Source: Candidatus Bathyarchaeota archaeon (lineage in GTDB: Archaea > Thermoproteota > Bathyarchaeia > Bathyarchaeales > Bathycorpusculaceae). Taken from it: a DNA stretch of 64,000 nucleotides. The stretch lies in NCBI GenBank assembly GCA_963832745.1, contig CAWHVC010000005.1, positions 32,001 to 96,000 of the forward strand, written 5' to 3'. A model generated the notes under the pieces. The model worked only from the letters and a program-made list of their open reading frames with translations, searched no databases and was not told the origin of the DNA. The position numbers and the translations under genes were made by a program. Within the stretch, counting starts at the first letter, position 1. Each line of letters starts with the position of its first letter. Shown here piece by piece: positions 20,269-29,666 of this stretch.

Positions 20269-21283
20269 TTTGTTTGTATGCGGATTCTATTATTCGCACC
20301 ACATCCAACTGTTGAGGTAAAGAAACCGGAAACTCTGAACCATTCTTAAGTGAATCAAAAAAGAGTCTCATTATCGTGTAAAATGATTCATAATAGTAGG
20401 TATAAGACAAATAGTTTGGTTTTTGGAAAGTGATTCTGCGTGCAATGTTTTTTACGCCTTCTTTAAAGGCGTTCATTTTTGCATCCGCTGGAATGTAACG
20501 GTCTGTTGAGTCAAAACCGACTGTGCCATGCAGGTTCAGCCGGAAGTTGAAGTCAGGAAAAATCGATTTTGAAAACCAACCAACATTCACTATACAATCT
20601 AAATCGCAATCTTTCGAATGTAACACAACAGTGCCGGCGTCCTCAACAGGCAAATTCATTTTGTGACCTAACTGGGAAAAGGAAACGGTAAAATCGCCGA
20701 GCATCCAAGTCAACAAATCTACAAGGTGGTAACCTAAATCCAGAAGCGCTCCGCCGCCAGCTAAATCCTTGTTTAGCCACCATTCAGGAACAGGAACAGG
20801 AACTGCTCCATGCGAAATAGGCCCGTTAAGCACCAGCTCTGATGTGGCAATAACTGTGTCACCAAGTTGACCGCTGTCGAGTTTTGCTTTAAGTTTTTGA
20901 ACACAAGGAAAATAACGGTAATTAACACCCACCATTAGACGCGTGCCGTTATGTTGGGCTTTATTCATTATCGCTTCTGCTTCCGCAAAACCTCGGGAAA
21001 ACGGTTTATCCAAAAAAACGTCAAGCCCTCGTTCTGAAGCATAAAAAACGCCGTCTTTTTTAAGGAAATTTGGCAAAGAAACAATTACTGCGTCAAGCTC
21101 TTCAGAATCTATCAGTTTTGTATAGTCATCATAGGTTCTTACGTGAAAACGTTCCGCGTAGGCACGGCTTTTTTTATCTTTGTCTGCGGCAGCAACCACT
21201 TTTACGCCGTCAACACGCATAGCGTTTAGCATGTGCAGTTGACCCATGTGGCCTAAACCGACCATTCCAATTTTTACAGTCAA
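20225..21283 (-). CDS. Gfo/Idh/MocA family oxidoreductase
   Basis: GMVGLGHMG, DKP, GGGALLDLGYH; shares PVPVPEWW with 2897-3883. Confidence 0.92.
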   Translation of the reverse strand: MTVKIGMVGLGHMGQLHMLNAMRVDGVKVVAAADKDKKSRAYAERFHVRTYDDYTKLIDSEELDAVIVSLPNFLKKDGVFYASERGLDVFLDKPFSRGFAEAEAIMNKAQHNGTRLMVGVNYRYFPCVQKLKAKLDSGQLGDTVIATSELVLNGPISHGAVPVPVPEWWLNKDLAGGGALLDLGYHLVDLLTWMLGDFTVSFSQLGHKMNLPVEDAGTVVLHSKDCDLDCIVNVGWFSKSIFPDFNFRLNLHGTVGFDSTDRYIPADAKMNAFKEGVKNIARRITFQKPNYLSYTYYYESFYTIMRLFFDSLKNGSEFPVSLPQQLDVVRIIESAYKQNGVQKNGESNSNFC

Positions 21284-21346
21284 AAAAACACCCTAAAAAA
21301 TACTAAACCTTAGAATCAGAAAAATAGAAACAAAAACATAAAAAAT

Positions 21347-22039
21347 TTAGAACACAAAACCCTCGGTAAATATGCGTTTCATTATACCCCAGCCGTCACG
21401 CATGCGAAGCTTTTTTTCGCCTAGTCTACTGCGGTATTCAATAGGAATCTCAACAATCTTGTAGCCTCTACGCCCCATAATCGCGTTTAGTTCCGCTTCA
21501 ACATCAAAACCGTTACTTTTCAGTTTCAAACCTTCCAAAGCGTCACTTCGAACAACCCGCAAACCTGATAATGGATCAGCAAGTTTAACACCGTTCATGA
21601 CTTGTTGGGCAAAAGCGAGCAACCTGTTTCCGAAGTAAAACGGGTTCTTAAATGACTGATTAACGCCGCCTACGTTTTTGAAACGGTTTCCTATAACCAT
21701 ACCTACTTTAGGGTCCTGCTCTAAAATTTCAATCATTTTAGGAACGTACTCAGCAGGGTAAGTATAGTCGGCGTCAGTGAAAACAATAAACTCTGATTGT
21801 GAACCGTACATGCGTAAGCCTTGGGACATGGCGTTTCCTTTGCCCTTGCCTTCCTGCAAAAGCACGTCTGCACCCATGTTTTTGGCTATCTCTATTGTTT
21901 TATCAACACTGTTACCATCAACAACAATAAACTTTGAATCATGAAGTACGCTTTGCATTTCCAGCAATGTTGGACCTATGCCTTCCTCTTCGTTGAGAGT
22001 TGCGATAACGACTGAAACAAAAGAGCGAAAATTGTCCAT
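21347..22039 (-). CDS. GT2, polyprenol-phosphate glycosyltransferase (DPM1/AglJ-like)
   Basis: LNEEEGI, GKGNA, DADYTYP, EIPIEYRSRLGEKKL. Confidence 0.88.
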   Translation of the reverse strand: MDNFRSFVSVVIATLNEEEGIGPTLLEMQSVLHDSKFIVVDGNSVDKTIEIAKNMGADVLLQEGKGKGNAMSQGLRMYGSQSEFIVFTDADYTYPAEYVPKMIEILEQDPKVGMVIGNRFKNVGGVNQSFKNPFYFGNRLLAFAQQVMNGVKLADPLSGLRVVRSDALEGLKLKSNGFDVEAELNAIMGRRGYKIVEIPIEYRSRLGEKKLRMRDGWGIMKRIFTEGFVF

Positions 22040-22247
22040 AAAAGGTATCTCCTAAAAACTTCTCGGGTTCTCTTAAAAACAATGCAAAGAAACGTTCATT
22101 TAAAGATGTAAGGAGTATATGCCCCGAAAAACAGGTCCATTTTCTAGAACAATAAGTTAATGTTACATTCAAAGCAGGCATGCAAAATGCACCTTTAGCA
22201 ATCGACCAAAAAACTTGTTTTAAGCGTTAAAATTGAAAAGAGACGTT

Positions 22248-22883
22248 TTAAAAGCTGAAAGTCACTGTGAAAACATGCGTGATTTCGTCAATCAATGCAT
22301 GCAACAATTGCCAACTGCGAAATTGATACAGCTTGTGAAAAACAAAACTTAAAGCTAATTTTTGTTTACTGTTTCCGGTTGGCTTGACAAAAAGACGGTT
22401 ATCTTGCTTAACCACTATCCAACTGTGCACTTCTTCCCCGTACAGAAACTCGTTAAACCATGTCGGGCACTGAATAAAACCATGCTTTGCCACACGTTTT
22501 AGTTCTAAATAAAACATGCCCGGATAAGCAATGTGCTCAAGAAGGTAATAGCTTGTGACAAAATCAAACGCGCCGTTTTTGAAAGGCAAAAAGTAGCAGC
22601 TGCATAAAACAAACGGTTTTCCAGCGGTTTCTAAACGTTTCATGCTTCTGTCCTTTACAGGCAAAGCGTTAAGGTCGCACACTACGTCTGCTTTTGGAAA
22701 AGGTTTTGCCCCGCATGCAACGTCAAGACAAAAAGGTAGATGCCCAATGGTGGAGTTAGCGACTTGAAAGTAGCTGCGTTTGCCAAATTTGAAGCGATCA
22801 AGCTCAGATTTTCGGATTGGAAACCGTTTAAGTGTCGTGTCCACAGGTACAGAAGTTCGATGGTCTTGGATAGTTTGATTCAT
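22248..22883 (-). CDS. class I SAM-dependent methyltransferase
   Basis: LDVACG, LPFKNGAFD, LLEH. Confidence 0.8.
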   Translation of the reverse strand: MNQTIQDHRTSVPVDTTLKRFPIRKSELDRFKFGKRSYFQVANSTIGHLPFCLDVACGAKPFPKADVVCDLNALPVKDRSMKRLETAGKPFVLCSCYFLPFKNGAFDFVTSYYLLEHIAYPGMFYLELKRVAKHGFIQCPTWFNEFLYGEEVHSWIVVKQDNRLFVKPTGNSKQKLALSFVFHKLYQFRSWQLLHALIDEITHVFTVTFSF

Positions 22884-22894
22884 AAGTGTACAGG

Positions 22895-24046
22895 CTACAA
22901 TTCGTTTAAGGATGAAACAAACGATTCCGTGATGTAATCAAGGTTTTCTTGTGTTAAATTGACGTGCATTGGAAGGCAAAGAATTTTTTGAAGAACACGT
23001 TCTGCAACTGGAAATTCTCCTTTGTAGGAATAGTTTTCTAGATAGTAGGGTTGCAGGTGACAAGGTGGAGAGTAAACGCTGCCGGTTTCTATTCCTTTTT
23101 CTTTGAGTTTAAGAGCTAACTGGTCTCGGTCAATTTCGTCGGCCAGTTTAACAGGGTACTTGTAGTAACTGTGCCTAATGTTAGGCGGAACATGAAAAAG
23201 CGAGACACCGCTAATTTTGTCTAAAGCTTTCTCGTAATATCGAGCAATCAAGTTTCGACGTGCAACAAATTCTTCAAGGTTAGACAATTGGCTTTTCCCG
23301 ACAATAGCAGCAATTTCACTTAACCGCCAATTATGACCAAGCATAACAACTTCTTTTTGCGAAGTTTGTCCACAATTGCGCATGCAACGCGCCGCCTCAG
23401 CCAACCCATTGTTGTTTGAAATTATCATGCCGCCTTCACAGCTTGTCATAATCTTAGTCGGGTACAAAGAGAAACAACCCACGTCCCCCATGGTGCCAGA
23501 CATTTTGCCGTCAATCATGGCCCCATGCGCATGAGAAGCATCCTCCAAAAGAACCAATCCGTTCTCCTCACAAAACTGTTTAAGCTCACCGATTTGTGGA
23601 CAGACAAGCCCAGCAATATGCACAGCTACTACAGCGGCTGTTTTAGAGGTAAGTTTACGTTTCACATCTTCGGGGTCGATGCAAAGAGTGTCTTCACGCA
23701 TGTCAGCAAGGACAGGTTTTCCTCCAGCAAAAATTACTGCGTTAGGTGTGGAAATGAATGTGTTTGTTGGCACTATGACTTCTTTGTCTTTTACTCCAAA
23801 ATGCCTAAGCGCAATTTCAAGCGATGCTGTTCCAGAATTAACGCCTACCGCATATTTTACGTGGTTGTATTCTGCAAAGGCACGCTCAAAACTCTCCAAG
23901 CGGGGTCCACCGGTTAAAACGCTGCTTCGTAAAGTGGTTTCGATATCCCTTAGAATTGCTTGCAAACTGTCCTCTGGGAAAAAAGGTTGAGAAGACAAAA
24001 GATGATTCATCATTTCACATTTTTCTGTTCGTAAAGTTTTTTCCAT
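22895..24046 (-). CDS. DegT/DnrJ/EryC1/StrS sugar aminotransferase
   Basis: NSGT, EDASHAHG, FSLYPTK (PLP Lys), EGG. Confidence 0.93.
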   Translation of the reverse strand: MEKTLRTEKCEMMNHLLSSQPFFPEDSLQAILRDIETTLRSSVLTGGPRLESFERAFAEYNHVKYAVGVNSGTASLEIALRHFGVKDKEVIVPTNTFISTPNAVIFAGGKPVLADMREDTLCIDPEDVKRKLTSKTAAVVAVHIAGLVCPQIGELKQFCEENGLVLLEDASHAHGAMIDGKMSGTMGDVGCFSLYPTKIMTSCEGGMIISNNNGLAEAARCMRNCGQTSQKEVVMLGHNWRLSEIAAIVGKSQLSNLEEFVARRNLIARYYEKALDKISGVSLFHVPPNIRHSYYKYPVKLADEIDRDQLALKLKEKGIETGSVYSPPCHLQPYYLENYSYKGEFPVAERVLQKILCLPMHVNLTQENLDYITESFVSSLNEL

Positions 24047-24735
24047 TCATTAACACCTGAACAAAAAAGAAAATCAACAACTGAAAGGTTAGACGCAAAT
24101 TGTCCGTGTAACTGTGGATAATAGGGGTGCTGAAAATTTTGAAAACAAAGTTTTATGCCTTCATCCTCGAAACGTTGAGGGTTAATGTAGCATTTTCCAC
24201 CTGTTCCAGCAAGTTGTGTGTCACCGCCGACTGCTTTGCATTGAGCAATGATTAACTCGCTTTTTCGCCCAGACACGCCTAAAGTGGAGCCCATAACAAG
24301 AGGCGTATTGATGTCTAAGAAACGCATTATTCCACGGATAAGATGCATGTTTAAATCAATTAATTTAACCCATTTCCGGGCGTAAGCATCTTCAAAAAAA
24401 ACGCCGTAGTCACGCCAATATGGAGCTTTACAATAACTGTGTTTAAGTGTTAACCAGTGTCTTAACGCCCACCCTGGTTCACCTTCATTAGAGATTTCAA
24501 TGTCTTTTATTTTTAGAGGTAAATTAGCATGCTTGATTGGAACACTTAACAACCTTACCCCGTCAACCGTTTTAACCTTGTTTCGACTGATGAAACCTTG
24601 GCGTTCAAACTGAACGTCATCTTCAATTATAAATAAGTCACTTGTCTGCATTTTATCGAAAAAGCCTAGCCAAGGCAAATAATTTGGCTGATGCCCTGAA
24701 ACAATCAAGGTTGAGTCACAAACGATCAAACTCAT
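24010..24735 (-). CDS. WbqC family protein
   Basis: HQPNYLPWLGFFDK, YCKAPY, YPQ, NLSVVD; ATG 24735 preferred. Confidence 0.9.
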   Translation of the reverse strand: MSLIVCDSTLIVSGHQPNYLPWLGFFDKMQTSDLFIIEDDVQFERQGFISRNKVKTVDGVRLLSVPIKHANLPLKIKDIEISNEGEPGWALRHWLTLKHSYCKAPYWRDYGVFFEDAYARKWVKLIDLNMHLIRGIMRFLDINTPLVMGSTLGVSGRKSELIIAQCKAVGGDTQLAGTGGKCYINPQRFEDEGIKLCFQNFQHPYYPQLHGQFASNLSVVDFLFCSGVNEWKKLYEQKNVK

Positions 24736-24736
24736 A

Positions 24737-25393
24737 TCAGGTACTCTTTTCTGTTTTTTCGACGTAACGTACAACTTCAAAAGCTTCAGCAGCAGGCAAA
24801 CTAACTTGGCTGCCTCTAAACGACGCCAAATTCACCATTGATTCATATGTAATGTAACGTTTTGTTTTCTGAGAAAAATGGCACTTCAACGCCATCCATT
24901 TATCGTTAACACAGTTTGTAATGTCAACAAAGTAGGTAGGAGAAAACGCTTGTGTAACCCTTGGAGTCTCATAAGCCAGCAGCCTCGGCGCGTTACGGAA
25001 AGCTGAAACCGAAAGCCAACCGACCTGCCGATGATCCTGATGAATATCATTAACTGTATGTGTTAGCACTGTGTCAGGCTTGTTTGCAACAAAAAAAGCT
25101 TCTAAGAAATCAATTGCCTGTCGTGAACAGGGAATTTCGCTGTCAGGAAAATCGCCGAAATAAACCTCTTTTACGCCCAGCAATGAAAGGGCTTCAATGC
25201 TTTCTTTAGGCCTGACTTCAGGATTGCCACTTTGTTCTCCTTTTGAAAGAAAAACCGCGATTACTCGTTTGCCAAGTTTTGAGGCTGCGCTTATTGTTCC
25301 GCCGCATCCCAACTCGATGTCGTCTGGGTGAGCACCAATTGCTAAAATAACTTCTGACTTTAAAACCAACTTAAAAATGCCTCCGAAAAACAA
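24737..25393 (-). CDS. PIG-L family deacetylase
   Basis: AHPDDIELGCGG, HQDH, HFSQ, AEAF. Confidence 0.92.
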   Translation of the reverse strand: MFFGGIFKLVLKSEVILAIGAHPDDIELGCGGTISAASKLGKRVIAVFLSKGEQSGNPEVRPKESIEALSLLGVKEVYFGDFPDSEIPCSRQAIDFLEAFFVANKPDTVLTHTVNDIHQDHRQVGWLSVSAFRNAPRLLAYETPRVTQAFSPTYFVDITNCVNDKWMALKCHFSQKTKRYITYESMVNLASFRGSQVSLPAAEAFEVVRYVEKTEKST

Positions 25394-25408
25394 AACGAGA
25401 GTGTCTGG

Positions 25409-25999
25409 TCAGCGTAGGTTTACCCATAAACCGACGTAACGTTGATTATACTGAAAACTGCCTGAAGCGTCATTGTAAAGGTACAACTCAAAAAATATGT
25501 TACCTAAATACGCGTTTTCTTTGGAATCCCACGCTATAGGCAAATTATCCATATCAACTGAAGTCCCGTTAACATCAAGGCTGTTTAAAGTGGCTTCACG
25601 TGAATCTATATGATAATTAAAAGCTAAGTCAACCCGCAACTCTAAAGATTGCTCGTCTTCAACATTAAAAACGAAATCGGTCAGCGGCGGCAAACTGCTT
25701 GCTGTGTGGTTGAAACTGTCAGGGCCCGACTGGTTTTGAGTACGGAATTTTACTTCCAGCTTGTAACGTGCTTGAGAGCCTAAATGGTTGCCAATTGTGA
25801 AATACAGCGGGTAAACATCGCCTGAAGTCAAATTGTATGGGTAAGTGGCATTATGGTAGGGACCAAGCACTGAGAGTTCAGTTAACGGTTCAGTTTTCGG
25901 AGCTGAAACGTACTGTTCAATCAGGGGTGATGCAATAACTAAAGCTAAAATGGCTACAACAACCAAAATCAATGCACGGTATTTCTGAAAAAAACTCAT
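25409..25999 (-). CDS. DUF1616 family protein
   Basis: N-terminal TM, TELSVLGP, YP, NH motifs. Confidence 0.75.
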   Translation of the reverse strand: MSFFQKYRALILVVVAILALVIASPLIEQYVSAPKTEPLTELSVLGPYHNATYPYNLTSGDVYPLYFTIGNHLGSQARYKLEVKFRTQNQSGPDSFNHTASSLPPLTDFVFNVEDEQSLELRVDLAFNYHIDSREATLNSLDVNGTSVDMDNLPIAWDSKENAYLGNIFFELYLYNDASGSFQYNQRYVGLWVNLR

Positions 26000-26099
26000 T
26001 TAGGCTGCCTCCTTATTTTTTGTTCCACAACCGTTGCACAAGAAACAGTATTCAGGAATAGGGCTTGGTTTAACTTTAACATGTTTTTACCTCAAAAAG

Positions 26100-26435
26100 T
26101 TAGGGCGTGGCTGTTAGGTCTTCTTTGTAAAGACATAAGTCTTCGAGCACACGTTTTTTATTGGAAAAATCGTTAAGACGTTTTTCTATGCTTTTGTTTG
26201 TTCGAGCGTATTCTTTGTAAGCGGAAAGGTAGTCTTGACCTTTAGAAGTTATTAGATAACTTTGGTTTTCACCTTGGAACTGTAAAAGCGAAGCAACTGT
26301 AACCTCGTTTAGGTACCGTTGAAGCACCTTGTAACTAAGGTTTGCCTGATACATTATCTGAGTTTTTTTAGCTTCACGACTGGCAGCCTGCAGAATATCC
26401 GCAATAATGTCTAGTCTATCTCGATAATTGCCCAA
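26100..26435 (-). CDS. winged-helix transcription regulator (ArnR1-like/HTH_45)
   Basis: YRDRLDIIADIL, KTQIMYQANLSY, YLITSKG. Confidence 0.88.
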   Translation of the reverse strand: MGNYRDRLDIIADILQAASREAKKTQIMYQANLSYKVLQRYLNEVTVASLLQFQGENQSYLITSKGQDYLSAYKEYARTNKSIEKRLNDFSNKKRVLEDLCLYKEDLTATP

Positions 26436-26480
26436 AAACAGTCCCTCACAAAAACAAAAACTAAACTAAAAACAGCAAGG

Positions 26481-26864
26481 TCAGGTTACATGCAGCCAGC
26501 CTCTTCCGCCCTTTTTCGGTTGCTGACGAACCCTTTTTTCGTCCGCTACATAATCATTTTTTCTATTGGGAGAGGGCTTGTTTGCAATGTTTGTTTTGAC
26601 AAACTTGTTCCAGCCGCCCACGAAACGGTCAGGGGGAACATAGCGTTCGGCATCTGTGACTTCGTGTTGTTCTAGGATTTCTTTAAAATTTAGCGCTTTG
26701 TAGGCTCTTGTCGCGTGGATGATTGTGCCTTTATCTACAAATAGTTGAGAGTAATCAGTGACGGCTATTCCTTCAGCTCGCACTTTGTCGTCGCGTCTTT
26801 CTCGCCAAAGTTTTTTCCATTCAATCTTTAATTCTTCAACCAACTCTTTTTGACTTATAGCCAT
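26481..26864 (-). CDS. hypothetical protein heading the glycosylation locus
   Basis: 127 aa ORF with ATG, followed by co-oriented operon. Confidence 0.7.
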   Translation of the reverse strand: MAISQKELVEELKIEWKKLWRERRDDKVRAEGIAVTDYSQLFVDKGTIIHATRAYKALNFKEILEQHEVTDAERYVPPDRFVGGWNKFVKTNIANKPSPNRKNDYVADEKRVRQQPKKGGRGWLHVT

Positions 26865-27219
26865 GTCTAGAAAATCCCTTCCTGATAGAAGTGGATAAGA
26901 AATAAAGGTTATTTTATTTGACTAAAACAAGCGTGAGGCTAATCCTCATTCAAATATGGAACTTTAGAGCGATATTTAAACCGTAAGTACGATTAAATGA
27001 TGTTTTATCTAGAATAAGAGTGGGTTTTCTGAAAAAAATACGTTGAAGTTAAGGTAGAATAAGAGATAATGCATAGAACTCAGAAGGATTTATGGCTAAC
27101 TACTGCTGAAGTCGACAGAAACCTGTTGAATGCTTAGAGAATTATTTACTGTTTCAATGGTTTAAAGTTTAGGTTAAAAATTGAACGCCAAATATAAAGG
27201 TGGAAAAAGGTAAAGGAGC

Positions 27220-27600
27220 TTATTTTAAGGATTCTTTTAATGCTGCAAAATACGTTAGAACCTGCTCAAACTCAGCTTTCGACATAGACAGAATCGTTTG
27301 AACAGCTTCCCGCTGCTTTGGCGACTGCGAAACCGTGGTTGTAGCCAACGCGTAATCAAGGTTTGTGAAGAGTTGTTCCCAAGGAATATTGACCTTTAAA
27401 CCTTTTAATTTGTACAAAGTTAAAGTGTATGCGCTGGCGCGGCTTAAACTGTCTTTAAACCCTCGGATAGCAGAGGCAACTTCTAACGCGTCGTAATCCT
27501 TCGCTGAAAGGCTAATTTTGATTTGACGGTAAGTTTGCTCTAAATTGATAATCTCTGCTGATAGGTCTTGCTTGATTTTTGCTTCAGTTCCTTCCGACAT
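27220..27600 (-). CDS. hypothetical helical protein
   Basis: 126 aa ORF; upstream aaagtcttatct promoter-like sequence on the minus strand. Confidence 0.7.
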   Translation of the reverse strand: MSEGTEAKIKQDLSAEIINLEQTYRQIKISLSAKDYDALEVASAIRGFKDSLSRASAYTLTLYKLKGLKVNIPWEQLFTNLDYALATTTVSQSPKQREAVQTILSMSKAEFEQVLTYFAALKESLK

Positions 27601-27780
27601 ACTATTCGCCCAGTTGATAGCAGCAAAGGTAATAGATAAGACTTTATCTTGGTACTTCTGCGTTTATAGAAGTGCATTTATGTCCCGTTGAGGGTCATTC
27701 GTCAAACTTTTTACCCCAACACCCTTCCAGTGATCTGGTATCCTAGGCAATAGCACACTTTTTACCCGCTTAATTCACCA

Positions 27781-28941
27781 CTATGTCGACGGAAATCTTC
27801 GTCGCAAATAACCTTTTAGAAATTCATGATCATTTGCTAATTCCGTGCTTTTTACAATTTGGCCCTCAAGCCTATCCAATGCTATACCAAACGTCTGTTC
27901 TACACCATACCCCTCGCCTGAACTGAAAAATGCGCCACTCTTTGTTCTAAATTGCAATCGACAGTGAATTAACTGATCGCCCTTGAAGTTTGTGCCATGC
28001 GTCTTCATGTAAACAAATAACGTGCCAGCCTCTAGTGTTCCGCCATATCTATGGGTGAAAGATTCGAAGTCGTCCATAATGGCACCTCTTTGGATTTCAT
28101 CAATTTTCACATCTTTAACTGAAAATTGCACAGTAAGCCTTTGTGCAGGCTGTTCCATTTGAGCGAGAGGTTCAAGAAAGTCACGTTTAGTTATAATACC
28201 GACAGGTCTTCCTTTGCTGACGATTACCAAAGAGGAAATGTTGAATTTGTGCATTTGTTCTTCAGCATCGCGCAATTTGGTTTCAGGCAAAACAGTGATT
28301 ACAGGCTTAACCATTAGGCCCTTCGCGGGAATGCTTAAAACTGGAACTTTCTCACCTACTCTTTCGCCAAACCTTTGCACATGTCTAGGCTGAAAGATAT
28401 GCTCGATAATATCTGAAATGCTCACTATTCCCACGAGTTTTCCTTCTTTGACTATGGGCACGTGAGAGATACCCTCACTTCTCAACAGGTTCAGCACTGC
28501 CCCTAGTGATTCATCTTCTTCTATGATGAACGGATCCTTGGTCATTACTTCTTTGACATGAGTGTTACCCCATTGCTCCATTACAACGCCATGGATAACA
28601 TTCTCATCTGTTACAAAACCTATGAGTTTCTGTTCATTGTAAACTGGAAGTTGCCTGATTTCGCTCTCGATCATTAGCTTAGCTACTTTGCTGAGGGAAT
28701 CCTGCATTGTAACAGCAGGCGCTGGCCGCGTCAAAGTTTTTACTTTGGTTCCAGACGTATCAAAACTGGTCCGATTGATCGATTTTTTTGAAATAATCCC
28801 TTTGTAACTGCCTTTACTGTCGAATACTGCTAAAACAGGCGGCATTCCTTCTTTGAAATGTGATAAACAAGAAGCGAGCGTATCATCCTCATGTACTTCT
28901 GTGAAACCCTTTGAAAATACATCTTCCACAATTTTAACCAT
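27781..28941 (-). CDS. 4x CBS domain + C-terminal HPF/RaiA-like domain protein (putative ribosome hibernation factor)
   Basis: CBS repeats (RQLPV, SHVPIV, SSLVIV); C-terminus SGEGYGVEQTFGIALDRLEGQI resembles the last helix of HPF. Confidence 0.8.
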   Translation of the reverse strand: MVKIVEDVFSKGFTEVHEDDTLASCLSHFKEGMPPVLAVFDSKGSYKGIISKKSINRTSFDTSGTKVKTLTRPAPAVTMQDSLSKVAKLMIESEIRQLPVYNEQKLIGFVTDENVIHGVVMEQWGNTHVKEVMTKDPFIIEEDESLGAVLNLLRSEGISHVPIVKEGKLVGIVSISDIIEHIFQPRHVQRFGERVGEKVPVLSIPAKGLMVKPVITVLPETKLRDAEEQMHKFNISSLVIVSKGRPVGIITKRDFLEPLAQMEQPAQRLTVQFSVKDVKIDEIQRGAIMDDFESFTHRYGGTLEAGTLFVYMKTHGTNFKGDQLIHCRLQFRTKSGAFFSSGEGYGVEQTFGIALDRLEGQIVKSTELANDHEFLKGYLRRRFPST

Positions 28942-28973
28942 AAAAACACTTCATTACTCTTATTAATTCAATT

Positions 28974-29303
28974 TTAGGGATTGAATTCCCCATTAACATC
29001 CTCTCCGGCGATGTCCTCGTTATAGTTTTCGTCCTCATGAGCTTCTTCTTCAGATTCTTCTTCTTGCTCCTCTTCGCTGGCTCTTTCTCTGGCCCCTGCA
29101 GCCCTTGCTTTATCTTCAGCTTCACCTTTTGAAGGAAAAGCATCATCTAACCATAGTTTAAACTGTTTTTTACCTTCCGAATTGGAAAAAGCCCACTCAC
29201 ATAATTCACTGAAAACGCTATTCAAGTCAACCTGGTGATCGTTAGCTAACTGTTTTAGGTACTGTTCCCATTTAGCAGGAACAGATATCGCTAATCTGCT
29301 CAT
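28974..29303 (-). CDS. hypothetical protein, RHH-like N-terminus and acidic tail
   Basis: MSRLAISVPAKWEQYLKQLA; Glu-rich C-terminus; starts just after the upstream stop. Confidence 0.6.
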   Translation of the reverse strand: MSRLAISVPAKWEQYLKQLANDHQVDLNSVFSELCEWAFSNSEGKKQFKLWLDDAFPSKGEAEDKARAAGARERASEEEQEEESEEEAHEDENYNEDIAGEDVNGEFNP

Positions 29304-29307
29304 TTTT

Positions 29308-29490
29308 TTACTCATGCCCTTTCGTTTCATGGTGCATTGTATCTCTGTGTCGCTCCATCTCTGAATTGGTCTTGAAAGTTTTGCCACAGACAGGACAAGG
29401 AATATTGTTTGGCTCTACGCCGCCGACTGGTATTTCTTGAGATGACGGCGCACCCAACGTGTGGGGCTGATGAGAATCTTTGTCGCTCAT
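29308..29490 (-). CDS. small C2H2 zinc-finger protein
   Basis: CPVCGKTFKTNSEMERHRDTMH; aggtg RBS-like sequence upstream. Confidence 0.8.
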   Translation of the reverse strand: MSDKDSHQPHTLGAPSSQEIPVGGVEPNNIPCPVCGKTFKTNSEMERHRDTMHHETKGHE

Positions 29491-29666
29491 AACTTAACAC
29501 CTAAACAAGCCATAACTAGGTTCAGTCTTCTTAAGCATATGTGGGTGTAGCTAGACACCCACAAGTCACTTTTTGTTTCAAAGCTATTTACCAAAAAGAC
29601 ATGTAAGTAAAAAATATGCGTTAATTTTAGAAGAGAGAGTAACAACTTAGTAGTAAGGAAGCAAAC

